Below, in pieces: positions 49,044 to 59,033 of a stretch of 64,000 nt of DNA (positions are counted from its first letter, which is position 1; each line of letters opens with the position of its first letter). The position numbers and the translations under genes were made by a program. Source of the DNA: Bacteroidota bacterium (lineage in GTDB: Bacteria > Bacteroidota > Bacteroidia > AKYH767-A > 2013-40CM-41-45); contig QQVM01000022.1 in the NCBI GenBank assembly GCA_003389385.1, forward strand, positions 68,490 to 132,489, given 5' to 3'. The notes under the pieces are model-generated. The model ran no database searches and was not told the DNA's origin. It saw only the letters and a list, made by a program, of their open reading frames with translations.

Positions 49044-50285
49044 TTACTCATCCGATTTCACATCCCTTAAGCTGATCCTGTCTCCGATGAGCCTCTTTGC
49101 AGGATACCATGCTGCAATCAGTCCGATTAAAAAAACTGTGAGCAATACATAGAAGAAGTCGGGCAATTCCATTTCGACCGGATAAGCGTCAATCACAAAT
49201 GATCCGCTTCCTCCCAAAGTGATAAGTCCGAATTTTTCCTGAGCAAAGCACACGGCAAAACCGATGATCAATCCTATAAAAGCTCCGATCATGGTGATGA
49301 AAAGTCCTTCAATGAGAAATATTCTTCTCAGTAATCCGCTTCCGGCTCCCATGCTGGAAAGTATCGCGATGTCTTTTTTCTTTTCAATGACCAGCATTGT
49401 CAGTGAACTCACCACATTGAATGTCGCAATGATGAGAATAAAAGTCAGTATGAGAAAGACAGCCCATTTCTCAGATTTCATAATCTTGTATATCAACTCA
49501 TGCTGCTCGAAGCGGTCTTTCACTTCAAAGCGATTACCTGCAATGGCTTTCAACTTTTTTTTCAGCTCCTGAATATCAGCTCCGGGAATCACTGAAATCT
49601 CCAACGAGCTTACATTCATGTCTTCTTCCAAAATTTCATAAGTAAAACGAATGGGTACAATGATGTACTTGGTGTCAAATTCCTGCTGAACAGAAAACAC
49701 TCCGGAAGTTGTAATAAAACGACGGTTGAAAGCTTCCTCTGGATTCAATAGCGAAGCGGCCGTCCTTCGTGGTGCATACACTTCCATTTGGTTCAAAAGG
49801 TTGCCGGTGTTAAGTCCCAGGTTATAGGCAATGGCGCCTCCGGGAACTGCAAAATCAAGATCGCCGTGTTTGAGTTGAAAATTTCCTTCGATGAGCATGG
49901 TGTCCACTCCGCTCACTTTTTCATAATCGTCGCCAACACCTTTTAACGTGACTATCGTTTGCCTGTCTTCGTATTTTACCAGTGCGTTCTCTTCGAGGAT
50001 TTCTGCCACCGCTGCCACGCCTTGTGTACTTCTGAGTTTCTCAAGCGAAATTTCATTCAGAGAAAACTTTTTCCCCTCTACAAGACTGATTTTTAAATCC
50101 GGATCGAATGAATTGTAAAGGCGCATCACCAGTCCTTCAAATCCATTGAACACAGACAAAACGACAATCAGGGCAGCAGTGCCGATGGTCACACCGGTTA
50201 CTGAGATCATGCTGATGATGTTGATCGCTTTCTGTGACTTGGGTGAAAGAAAATATCGCTTCGCTATGAAGAAAGGAAGATTCAT
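49044..50285 (-). CDS. ABC transporter permease of the FtsX/LolC/E family.
   Basis: An N-terminal TM segment, a large periplasmic loop, and C-terminal FtsX-type 3-TM bundle. Confidence 0.8.
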   Translation of the reverse strand: MNLPFFIAKRYFLSPKSQKAINIISMISVTGVTIGTAALIVVLSVFNGFEGLVMRLYNSFDPDLKISLVEGKKFSLNEISLEKLRSTQGVAAVAEILEENALVKYEDRQTIVTLKGVGDDYEKVSGVDTMLIEGNFQLKHGDLDFAVPGGAIAYNLGLNTGNLLNQMEVYAPRRTAASLLNPEEAFNRRFITTSGVFSVQQEFDTKYIIVPIRFTYEILEEDMNVSSLEISVIPGADIQELKKKLKAIAGNRFEVKDRFEQHELIYKIMKSEKWAVFLILTFILIIATFNVVSSLTMLVIEKKKDIAILSSMGAGSGLLRRIFLIEGLFITMIGAFIGLIIGFAVCFAQEKFGLITLGGSGSFVIDAYPVEMELPDFFYVLLTVFLIGLIAAWYPAKRLIGDRISLRDVKSDE

Positions 50286-50312
50286 GATGCAGACACGAAA
50301 GTAAGAATTAGA

Positions 50313-51119
50313 TTACTTCCAGGCCTTGACAATCAATCCGGTTCCGGAGCTGTGCTTTCCCCGCACATCAAAATAATTCAGTATGAAAGCGAAAGGATAA
50401 GTAAGAAGATAATAAAAGGGAAGTATGATGAAATACAATTTGCTCTTTCCCAGCATCAGTATCGGATACTTCATGGACAATCTCCAGGCGATTTTTCCAG
50501 GTGATCCGTATTGATAACGTGCTTCAATTTTGCTGAAGCCGGCCGAGCGAAGCTTTTGCTCTATGTCCCCGATGTTGTATCCGTCGCGGACATGCTCTTC
50601 GATGAAGGATGTGTCATCATCCCCGTGTACATCACTACCTCCCTGGTCGGATGGAGTGGATATAAGCACCATGCCTCCCTTTTTCAGCGATGCATGAAAG
50701 TTCCGGAACACCTGCACGTCTTCTTCAATGTGCTCCATCACATCCACACACACCACCAGATCGTAGGAGTTTTCATTGACGAATTTGGTGAGATCTCCGA
50801 CTTCAAAACGTACATTGTCCGAACCGATCTTTTTGAAAAAGTTATTGCAGTCTTCAACCTGCTCTTCTTTTACATCCACTGAAAGAATTTTCCAGTCAGG
50901 ATTTCTTCTGCTCAGCCAATATGTATACTGTCCGAAACCTGCGCCTGCATCCAAAATGCTGGCATCCTTTGAAGCTCTTCTGATCCAGCTTCTCAATTCT
51001 TTGTGCACATGCCATGCACGCAGAAGCAGAAGGTCCAGAAGTCTGTAAAAAAGTTTCCTGAGAAAGGGAGTCTTGTTGAATACATTTCCCAGGGAACGCT
51101 TGATCGGATCGTATTGCAT
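50313..51119 (-). CDS. Class I SAM-dependent methyltransferase.
   Basis: Motif I ILDAGAGFGQYT and an acidic post-I region (DVKEE). Confidence 0.7.
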   Translation of the reverse strand: MQYDPIKRSLGNVFNKTPFLRKLFYRLLDLLLLRAWHVHKELRSWIRRASKDASILDAGAGFGQYTYWLSRRNPDWKILSVDVKEEQVEDCNNFFKKIGSDNVRFEVGDLTKFVNENSYDLVVCVDVMEHIEEDVQVFRNFHASLKKGGMVLISTPSDQGGSDVHGDDDTSFIEEHVRDGYNIGDIEQKLRSAGFSKIEARYQYGSPGKIAWRLSMKYPILMLGKSKLYFIILPFYYLLTYPFAFILNYFDVRGKHSSGTGLIVKAWK

Positions 51120-51126
51120 AAATGGA

Positions 51127-51507
51127 TTATTGAGATTCCTGTGATGGGGAATCCTCGTCGTTCTTGCGTGTGGATTTTAAAAGCTGCTCGATTTTCTCGA
51201 CCTGGTCGAGGGAATCATCCAGGTAAAAGCGCAGCTCAGGAATGATCCTTGCCTGATGCCTGATGCTGCTTCCGAGTTTTTTACGGATTTCTTTATTATG
51301 AGAATCAATCTGGTCAAGCACGGCCTGGCTGTCCTTCGCACCGAAAATGCTGAGATATATTTTTACTATGCCCAGGTCAGGGCTGATTTTCGCGCCCGTG
51401 ACGGTCACAAAGGCTTTTCCATAAAAATTGTATCCTTCCCGCTGGAAAATCTCTCCGATTTCCTTTTGAATTAGCCGTGAAAATTTCTGTTGTCTGGTCG
51501 AATCCAT
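51127..51507 (-). CDS. rbfA: Ribosome-binding factor A.
   Basis: RQQKFSRLIQKEIGEIF KH-like N-terminus. Length is 126 aa. Confidence 0.8.
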   Translation of the reverse strand: MDSTRQQKFSRLIQKEIGEIFQREGYNFYGKAFVTVTGAKISPDLGIVKIYLSIFGAKDSQAVLDQIDSHNKEIRKKLGSSIRHQARIIPELRFYLDDSLDQVEKIEQLLKSTRKNDEDSPSQESQ

Positions 51508-51580
51508 TTGCGGCAAATGTAGGCAATTTGACGGAATGCCTTTAAAAACGCGAAATCATGAAAAAAACTATCTTTAAACC

Positions 51581-53410
51581 GTGAAAAATTACATCAGATT
51601 GCTCCGTTTTGTGGGGGCATATAAAGGTTATGCGGCACTGAACGTGCTCTGTAACTTGTTCTCAGTCATCTTTTCCCTTTTTTCCCTTACCATGGTGGCG
51701 CCTTTTCTGAATGTGCTGTTCAGCCAGACTGATACATTGTATGAAAAAACTCCGCTTACATTTTCAATCAGATCCCTGCTCGACAATTTCAATTATTTTC
51801 TCGGTCAGTACATTGATGAACACGGAAAGCTGCAGGCGCTCATGCTGATTTGCGTTTTGGTGGTATTCATGTTCTTTTTCAAAAATCTGTTCCGTTACCT
51901 CGGTATGTTTTTCATCGCCCCAGTGAGGAACGGTGTAGTAAGAGACCTGAGAAAAAAAATGTACGATAAGATTCTCGTGCTGCCGCTTTCCTATTTTTCC
52001 GATGAGAGGAAGGGCGATATCATTTCAAGAATGACCAACGATGTGCAGGAAATAGAGTGGAGCATCATGCAGTCACTCGAAATTATCTTTCGTGAACCCA
52101 TCACGATCATTCTTTTTCTCACGACCATGATCCTGATGAGTCCGCAGCTCTCATTGTTCGTCTTCGTGCTACTGCCTGTCGCGGGTTTGCTGATCGGCTA
52201 CATCGGTAAAAGTCTGCGCCGGACATCAGCAAAGTCCAAGGAAAAAATGGGCCTGCTCCTGAGCGCCATCGAAGAAACGCTAGGAGGACTTCGCATCATC
52301 AAAGCCTTTACCGCAGAACAATTTTCCGGAGAAAAGTTCAGGAAGATTAACGACGATTACCGCAAGCTGATGGTTCGTCTTTACCGCAAAAGGGATCTCA
52401 GCTCTCCCCTCAGTGAATTTCTCGGAGCTGTGGTGCTGGTGATAGTCATGTACTTTGGCGGCAAACTTGTATTGGGAGAGGTGTCGGAGCTGGAACCATC
52501 TGTTTTCATCGCCTTCATCGCGATCTTTTCACAGATCATTTCTCCTGCCAAGGCATTCACTGATGCATATTCGAATGTGCAGAAAGGACTTGCTTCCGCT
52601 GACAGGATTTACAAGATACTGGACTCTGAGGTGAGTATCAGGGACCGCGAACATCCGCTTAGGATAAGCAATTTCAATCATGCCATTGAGTATCGCAACG
52701 TGTCATTCGCCTATCACAAGGGCGACAAGGGCATGGTACTGAATGACATCAATCTGAAAATAGAAAAAGGAAAAACTATCGCGCTGGTCGGACAAAGTGG
52801 TTCGGGAAAAACCACGCTGGCAGATCTATTGCCGAGATTCTATGATCTGGATCAGGGTGAGATACTCGTTGACGGTGAGAACATCAGGGATTACAAGCTG
52901 CAGGACCTTCGCACACTCATGGGTATTGTGACACAGGAAAGCATTTTATTCAATGACACAGTCTTCAACAATATTTCTTTCGGAGTTGACAACGCGAAGG
53001 AAGAGGAAGTCATAGAAGCCGCGAAAATCGCCAATGCCCACGATTTCATCATGGAGATGAAGGACGGTTACCAGACTAACATCGGTGACCGCGGAGGAAA
53101 GATGAGCGGTGGACAAAGGCAGAGACTGAGCATCGCAAGAGCCATATATAAAAATCCGCCTGTACTGATTCTGGATGAAGCCACTTCAGCTTTGGATACC
53201 GAAAGCGAACGCCTGGTTCAGGAAGCGCTCATCAAGCTGATGAAGAACAGAACTACGCTCGTAATTGCCCACCGTCTTTCCACCATTCAGCATGCAGATG
53301 AGATCATCGTCATGCAAAGAGGAGAAATCATTGAAAGAGGAAAGCACAATGACTTGCTGCAGAGAGGCGGCGTCTATAAGAAACTGTATGACCTTCAGTC
53401 GTTCGCATAA
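51581..53410 (+). CDS. ABC exporter with fused TMD and NBD, MsbA-like.
   Basis: Six TM segments followed by Walker A GQSGSGKTT, LSGGQRQR and Walker B ILDEATSALD. Confidence 0.85.
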   Translation: MKNYIRLLRFVGAYKGYAALNVLCNLFSVIFSLFSLTMVAPFLNVLFSQTDTLYEKTPLTFSIRSLLDNFNYFLGQYIDEHGKLQALMLICVLVVFMFFFKNLFRYLGMFFIAPVRNGVVRDLRKKMYDKILVLPLSYFSDERKGDIISRMTNDVQEIEWSIMQSLEIIFREPITIILFLTTMILMSPQLSLFVFVLLPVAGLLIGYIGKSLRRTSAKSKEKMGLLLSAIEETLGGLRIIKAFTAEQFSGEKFRKINDDYRKLMVRLYRKRDLSSPLSEFLGAVVLVIVMYFGGKLVLGEVSELEPSVFIAFIAIFSQIISPAKAFTDAYSNVQKGLASADRIYKILDSEVSIRDREHPLRISNFNHAIEYRNVSFAYHKGDKGMVLNDINLKIEKGKTIALVGQSGSGKTTLADLLPRFYDLDQGEILVDGENIRDYKLQDLRTLMGIVTQESILFNDTVFNNISFGVDNAKEEEVIEAAKIANAHDFIMEMKDGYQTNIGDRGGKMSGGQRQRLSIARAIYKNPPVLILDEATSALDTESERLVQEALIKLMKNRTTLVIAHRLSTIQHADEIIVMQRGEIIERGKHNDLLQRGGVYKKLYDLQSFA

Positions 53411-53419
53411 AATCAATGT

Positions 53420-53857
53420 ATGAGTGAGGATCTTTTTTTAAAAGCAGCCATCGACGAAGCCCGGAAAGGCCTGTCTGAGGGCGGAATACCGATTGGTTCC
53501 GTGATAGTCAGAGACGGAAAAATTATTGGCCGTGGTCATAACAAGAGAGTGCAGGACGATGATCCCATGACGCATGCGGAGATCGACTGCCTGCGCAATG
53601 CGGGAAGAGTGGGCAATTACATGGACACGGTTCTTTACAGCACACTCATGCCTTGCTACCTCTGCGCCGGAGCAGTGGTGCAGTTCGGAATACCAAAAGT
53701 CATCGTGGGAGAATCAAAAACCTTTTCCGGTGCCCGTAAATTCATGGAAGAACACGGGGTGGAAGTGGTAGATGTTGGCAATACGGAATGTATTCAACTG
53801 ATGGAGCAGTTCATCAGGGACAGACCGGAATTGTGGAATGAGGATATTGGGAAGTGA
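53420..53857 (+). CDS. CMP/dCMP-type zinc deaminase, closest in my memory to yeast cytosine deaminase Fcy1.
   Basis: HAE...PCxxC zinc motifs (HAEIDCLRN; PCYLCAGA). The C-terminal tail ECIQLMEQFIRDRPELWNEDIGK closely parallels the Fcy1 tail ...KQFIDERPQDWFEDIGE. Confidence 0.6.
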   Translation: MSEDLFLKAAIDEARKGLSEGGIPIGSVIVRDGKIIGRGHNKRVQDDDPMTHAEIDCLRNAGRVGNYMDTVLYSTLMPCYLCAGAVVQFGIPKVIVGESKTFSGARKFMEEHGVEVVDVGNTECIQLMEQFIRDRPELWNEDIGK

Positions 53858-53932
53858 TTCCGGCAAGACAAAATCATATGGACACTGAATTCGTCGAGTT
53901 TGACTATCTTTATACATCACTATGCTTAGTTC

Positions 53933-55357
53933 ATGAAAAAATTACTTTTAACACTTTTCTTTTTAAGCATATTTACTGCAGCATATTCACAGCAGAAAAT
54001 TTTTGGAATCAATTATAATGGTTCGGTATTAACCCTGAATCGGCATACTTTTTTTCGAATTTGCGATACTACGCATAGTGGAAATTACTTGTTGGCAGGC
54101 AGTGCATCAGGCCATCTTGGCTCAAGTTATGCCTATGCTGTTGTTGACAAGAATGGTGCTCCCCTGTGGGTGAAAGACAGCGCGATATTTACCAGCATTG
54201 GTAAGCATTGGGCCTCTTTTAGTTATGGCTTAAGAACACATGATCATGGCTTTGTTTTTTGTGGCAGCTTAAGCAATTTCGGTACGGCAAATGAAAGTGC
54301 AATTTTCATTCTTAAGACTGATTCGTCCGGAAATGAATTGTGGAGAAAAAATGTGCAGCAATTTCAGTTGGGAAATGCAGATGTAATTTACCAGTCACCT
54401 GATTCGAGTTTATATTTTACAGGATTTAGACGCGACAGCATTTCAAATATCTTGAATTCATTCCTCTTAAAACTGTCAAATTCTGGTGACGTGCTATTCA
54501 TGAGACAATTTCCATTGATAGGAATAGAAAATTATCTGTTGAGCATTGAAAACAAATTTATTATCGGCGGAGCAACATCATACATTGATTCTGCAACTCA
54601 AAAAATTTATAATAAAATATCATTGATCTCCACCGATACTTCAGGAAACTTCCTTTCATCACATTCATTGATCGACAGCACTTACACAATCTATTTGGGC
54701 AGTATTTCTAAAACAGCAGATAACAATATTTTGATTTCCTGCTCGAAGCAGGATTCAACCCAGCAGGGATTCTTACAGCTAATGAAAGTAGACACTGCTG
54801 CGAATATTATTTGGACAGATACGATCTCTACAAACCAATATTATCCGATAGTTGCAAGAGAACTGCCTAACGGAAATATTCTAATCGCTTATGGAGATTA
54901 CTATGTGGAAGAAAGAAATTCATTAGGTGATACAATCTGGACCTATCATTTTGATGATAATGTTTCGAATTTTGCTTCATCTACAGTGAATTCAATGCTT
55001 GCTCTTGATAATTCTACATTTTTGATTTCAGGAAGGATTGGATATTCATCACCCAGCGGGAGTAGTCCATACTTGATGAAAATTTCTAATTTATTACCTA
55101 GTCCTATTTTCGAACTGGATGCAGAAGATTCATTTATTATTTATCCCAATCCTGCCTCAAATAATTTCAGCATCCGTTTAAAGTCAGAATTAAAAGACGC
55201 CAAACTCGAAATTGTAAATGTAATTGGAGAAAAACTGTATTCCTTTAACTTAAAAAATAAGGAAGAAAGATTTAACGCTAATCTTCAACCAGGTATTTAT
55301 TTTGTAAGGGTTGGCGAAAATGAAGAGTATTTTTACAGAAAGCTGATTATTCAGTAA
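53933..55357 (+). CDS. Secreted protein with a T9SS type A C-terminal sorting domain.
   Basis: Signal peptide MKKLLLTLFFLSIFTAAYSQ. CTD: IIYPNPASNNFSIRL...LEIVNVIGEKLY...GIYFVRVGENEEYFYRKLIIQ. Confidence 0.8.
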   Translation: MKKLLLTLFFLSIFTAAYSQQKIFGINYNGSVLTLNRHTFFRICDTTHSGNYLLAGSASGHLGSSYAYAVVDKNGAPLWVKDSAIFTSIGKHWASFSYGLRTHDHGFVFCGSLSNFGTANESAIFILKTDSSGNELWRKNVQQFQLGNADVIYQSPDSSLYFTGFRRDSISNILNSFLLKLSNSGDVLFMRQFPLIGIENYLLSIENKFIIGGATSYIDSATQKIYNKISLISTDTSGNFLSSHSLIDSTYTIYLGSISKTADNNILISCSKQDSTQQGFLQLMKVDTAANIIWTDTISTNQYYPIVARELPNGNILIAYGDYYVEERNSLGDTIWTYHFDDNVSNFASSTVNSMLALDNSTFLISGRIGYSSPSGSSPYLMKISNLLPSPIFELDAEDSFIIYPNPASNNFSIRLKSELKDAKLEIVNVIGEKLYSFNLKNKEERFNANLQPGIYFVRVGENEEYFYRKLIIQ

Positions 55358-55947
55358 GTATCATCAATCGTTTGTTTATTAATTAATTCAGAAGCGGAGT
55401 TCTTAAATCCAATTCTTTTCCTGTTTTTCTGTTCCTCTGCTTGTTCTTTTTCGATTATCAAGTACTCAAGCGCGTGTTCTAGGTTATTGAATTTGATATT
55501 ACATTGTTTCTCCAGATCCAGAATTTTGGTTTTCAGATCCTGATGTTCTAAAGCCATTTTTCTTAATGCTATAAATGCCCTGACTATCACGATGTTCATC
55601 CGAATCGCGGTATCGCTTCTCAGCACGCCTGAAAGCATTGCCACGCCGTACTCAGTAAAGGCATATGGCAGGTATCGTTTGCCTCCCCAGCTTGAGGTCA
55701 CAATTTGTGACCTCAAGATTTGCCACTCTTCCTCGCTTAGCTGAAACATAAAATCTTCGGGGAAACGCTCCATATTACGGCGAACCGCCTGGTTTAAAAC
55801 TTTGGTTGGAACTTCATAGAGTTCAGCGATGTCAAAATCAAGAATCACTCTGGTATTTCTGAGTTCATGAATCTTATCCTTTATTCTGAATTCTGTCAGA
55901 TTTTTCATTGTACAAATATCCGACATTGCAAATCTCGGGTCATCCAA
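55351..55947 (-). CDS. ORF6N domain-containing protein (KilA-N-related DNA-binding family).
   Basis: VILDFDIAELYEVPTKVLNQAVRRNMERFPEDFMFQLS matches the ORF6N core (VMLDxDLAELYGVETKxLxQAVKRNxxRFPxDFMF). Confidence 0.7.
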   Translation of the reverse strand: MDDPRFAMSDICTMKNLTEFRIKDKIHELRNTRVILDFDIAELYEVPTKVLNQAVRRNMERFPEDFMFQLSEEEWQILRSQIVTSSWGGKRYLPYAFTEYGVAMLSGVLRSDTAIRMNIVIVRAFIALRKMALEHQDLKTKILDLEKQCNIKFNNLEHALEYLIIEKEQAEEQKNRKRIGFKNSASELINKQTIDDTY

Positions 55948-56156
55948 TAAATGCGGAAAAGATGATTGCTTTGTTCGCTTAAGAGATGACCGCAGGATAT
56001 AACTGACCTGATATTCTCATAAAGATTCCATTTGAGGAGTGCAGCTAAGGCAGTACTTCTTCGCTCCAAGCTTTAAATTTCTGCATTTAGCATTCATTTA
56101 TTGTATGAATGCATTTAAAAATCCTTAATTTTACTGGTTCCTGAATTATCTAAAAC

Positions 56157-57626
56157 ATGCAAGAAACTAAGTCGAAGTACCCGGAAGTGAAAAACTACAT
56201 CTCCGGAATTTTTACCCCGAGTGATAATGAAGTGATGGAAGTGATCAATCCCAAGACGGGTGATGTGATTTCTTCTGTTCCACTGTCAACCAATAAAGAA
56301 CTTGACCAGGCCGTGAACGCCGCATGGTCGGCTTTCCCGGGATGGTCTGCCATGCCGATAAAAGAAAGAGTCCAGATTTTCTATCGTTATAAAACGCTGA
56401 TGGAAAAAAATCTTCGAAGCCTTGCCCAACTCGTCAGTGATGAGAACGGCAAGACTATGGATGAAGCCATCGCAGAAGTGGAGAAGAGCATTGAGCTTAC
56501 AGAATTTGCCTGTTCTCTGCCCCAACTCATCAGCGGAGAACTATTGGAGGTGAGCCGCGGAGTGGAATGCAGGGTGGAGCATAAACCACTCGGTGTCGTG
56601 GCGTCCATCGCGCCATTCAACTTCCCGCACATGGTTCCTCACTGGACCATCCCCAATGCATTGGCTCTCGGAAACTGCATGATACTAAAACCATCAGAGC
56701 AGGTGCCGGTGTCTTCCATACGCATCGCAGAAATGTTACGTGAAGCCGGACTTCCTGACGGTGTATTAAACATAGTGAATGGTGATAAGCAAATCGTGGA
56801 AGCGATCTGCGATCATCCTGGAATTGAAGCAGTATCTTTTGTCGGTTCCACCACAGTGGCAAAGATTGTTTACAAAAGATCAACGAGTAACCTCAAGCGC
56901 TGCCTTGCATTGGGCGGAGCAAAGAATCATATCATTGTGTTACCAGACGCGCATCAGGACATGACTGCCAGCAATGTGGCTGCATCCATGTCGGGTTGTG
57001 CCGGACAACGTTGCATGGCCGCATCGGCCATGGTGGCTGTAGGAGGAGTAGACCACATCGTAGCTAAGATCTGCGAGGAATCTAAGAAAATTGTTCCCGG
57101 ACAAAATCTGGGCTCGGTGATTACTAAAGCAGCGAAGGAGCGCATTGAACGCTACATTACAGAAGCGGAAAAAGCCGGAGCGAAAGTACTGGTTGACGGA
57201 AGAAACTGGAAAGTGGAAGGATTCGAAGGCGGATTTTATGTCGGTCCGACTGTGATAGATTATGTGACTCCCGATATGGCTATCGCAAAGGAAGAAGTCT
57301 TCGGACCGGTCTTGGCTATCATCAGGGCAAAAGATCTCGATGAAGCCATCAAAATTGAAAACTCTTCCAATTATGGTAATGCAGCATCAGTCTTTACACA
57401 GAGCGGTGGTCATGCACGCATGGTAATGGAAAAGGCAAGCGCAGGAATGATCGGAGTAAATATCGGAGTGCCTGTGCCCCGTGAACCTTTTTCATTCGGA
57501 GGATGGAATGAAAGCAAGTTCGGAGTGGGCGACATCACCGGAAAAAGCTCTATCGAATTCTGGACAAAGCTCAAGAAGACTTCCGTGAAATGGAATCCGG
57601 AAGCCAGAACAAACTGGATGAGCTGA
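56157..57626 (+). CDS. mmsA: CoA-acylating methylmalonate/malonate-semialdehyde dehydrogenase.
   Basis: ALDH superfamily with the catalytic Cys in CAGQRCMA and an MMSDH-like N-terminus (IAPFNFP). Length is 489 aa. Confidence 0.75.
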   Translation: MQETKSKYPEVKNYISGIFTPSDNEVMEVINPKTGDVISSVPLSTNKELDQAVNAAWSAFPGWSAMPIKERVQIFYRYKTLMEKNLRSLAQLVSDENGKTMDEAIAEVEKSIELTEFACSLPQLISGELLEVSRGVECRVEHKPLGVVASIAPFNFPHMVPHWTIPNALALGNCMILKPSEQVPVSSIRIAEMLREAGLPDGVLNIVNGDKQIVEAICDHPGIEAVSFVGSTTVAKIVYKRSTSNLKRCLALGGAKNHIIVLPDAHQDMTASNVAASMSGCAGQRCMAASAMVAVGGVDHIVAKICEESKKIVPGQNLGSVITKAAKERIERYITEAEKAGAKVLVDGRNWKVEGFEGGFYVGPTVIDYVTPDMAIAKEEVFGPVLAIIRAKDLDEAIKIENSSNYGNAASVFTQSGGHARMVMEKASAGMIGVNIGVPVPREPFSFGGWNESKFGVGDITGKSSIEFWTKLKKTSVKWNPEARTNWMS

Positions 57627-57659
57627 TTCTCTGTTTTTATCAATTAGCATTTCAGAAAC

Positions 57660-59021
57660 ATGTCAACAAGCGCACAGGGAACACTCAGTCTCAAAGACGA
57701 GATCCTTCAAACCAATTTAAAGCACAGTATTTTCTCCTGGACAAAGCAGAGTGGAATCAATCCCCTCAACATTGAAAAGGCCAAAGGAGTTTACTTATAT
57801 GAGAGAAGCGGAAAACGCATTCTCGATTTTTCATCCCAACTGATGAACGTCAACATTGGTCATGGTCATCCGGCCGTCACCGAGGCAGTCATGAAACAGA
57901 TGAACGAAGTAAGTTATGTGCATCCCGGAATGATCACCGAAGCGAGGGGAAAGCTCTCACAAAAGCTTTCTGAAATATCACCTGGAACACTCAACAGGGC
58001 TTTCTACACAAACGGAGGCGCTGATGCGATCGAGAACGCAATCAAACTCGCAAGGCTTTACACCGGGCGACATAAAATCATTTCACTTTACCAGAGCTAT
58101 CACGGAGCCACATACGGTGCGCTCTCCGCAGGCGGTGATCCTCGAGGACTGTCTCACGACAGTCAGGGTGTACCCAATATAATTCATGCAGAAAATCCTT
58201 ATTTCTACCGTTGCCCCTGGAACAGCAGGACTCCGGAAGAGTGCGCGGAGAACGCTGCTGCACACATGGAGCGACTGATCAAATATGAAGGTCCGCAGTA
58301 TGTCGCGGCGATTCTCATGGAAGGAGAAAGCGGTTCTTCAGGCTGTATCAAATATCCTCCGGGATATTGGAAGAAAGTAAGTGACATTGCAGCGAAATAC
58401 GGTATACTCACCATTTGCGATGAAGTCATGAGCGGCTTCTGCCGCACAGGCAAGTGGTTCGGCATTGAACATCACGGTGTGGAACCGGATATCATGTGCA
58501 TGGCAAAAGGAATCACCAGCGGTTATATTCCGCTTGGAGGCATGATGGTGAAAGAAGAAATCATCAAACATTTTGACGACAAACCTCTTCCTCTCGGACT
58601 CACTTATAGCGCACATGCTGTGGCCTGCGCCGCCGCCAATGCTGTCATTGAAGTTTACGAGAAGGAAAATCTCATGGAGAACGCTGCGAAGATGGGAAGA
58701 TACATGGATGAGAGTGCAGCAAGAATGATGGACAAGCATCCATCGATCGGTGATTTCAGGAATACGGGATTGCTCGGCGTGTTTGAACTTGTGAAAAATC
58801 GCAAGACAAAAGAACCCATGGCTCCCTGGAATGCCGGCGCTTCCGAAATGGAAGTTATGAACAAAGTTGCTGCGAAACTCACCGAACTCGGACTCTTCAC
58901 TTTCGTCCGCTGGAACTGGATTTTCACCGCACCGCCACTCTGCATAACAAAAGAGCAGATCGACGAAGGTCTGGATATGATATCGAAAGCGATCAGCATC
59001 GCCGACGAATACTGTAACTGA
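57660..59021 (+). CDS. Class III (omega) aminotransferase, probably a beta-alanine:pyruvate transaminase.
   Basis: PLP-fold class III motifs (LICDEVMSGFCRTGKWF with the catalytic Lys). The beta-alanine assignment comes from genomic context. Confidence 0.7.
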   Translation: MSTSAQGTLSLKDEILQTNLKHSIFSWTKQSGINPLNIEKAKGVYLYERSGKRILDFSSQLMNVNIGHGHPAVTEAVMKQMNEVSYVHPGMITEARGKLSQKLSEISPGTLNRAFYTNGGADAIENAIKLARLYTGRHKIISLYQSYHGATYGALSAGGDPRGLSHDSQGVPNIIHAENPYFYRCPWNSRTPEECAENAAAHMERLIKYEGPQYVAAILMEGESGSSGCIKYPPGYWKKVSDIAAKYGILTICDEVMSGFCRTGKWFGIEHHGVEPDIMCMAKGITSGYIPLGGMMVKEEIIKHFDDKPLPLGLTYSAHAVACAAANAVIEVYEKENLMENAAKMGRYMDESAARMMDKHPSIGDFRNTGLLGVFELVKNRKTKEPMAPWNAGASEMEVMNKVAAKLTELGLFTFVRWNWIFTAPPLCITKEQIDEGLDMISKAISIADEYCN

Positions 59022-59033
59022 TAATCTTTCTTT

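Noticed and set aside
55948-56156. Possible tRNA or riboswitch in the 209-bp divergent region upstream of mmsA
   Set aside because: No T-loop (GTTCRANYC) or acceptor-stem symmetry was found by eye. The sequence is AT-rich and promoter-like.
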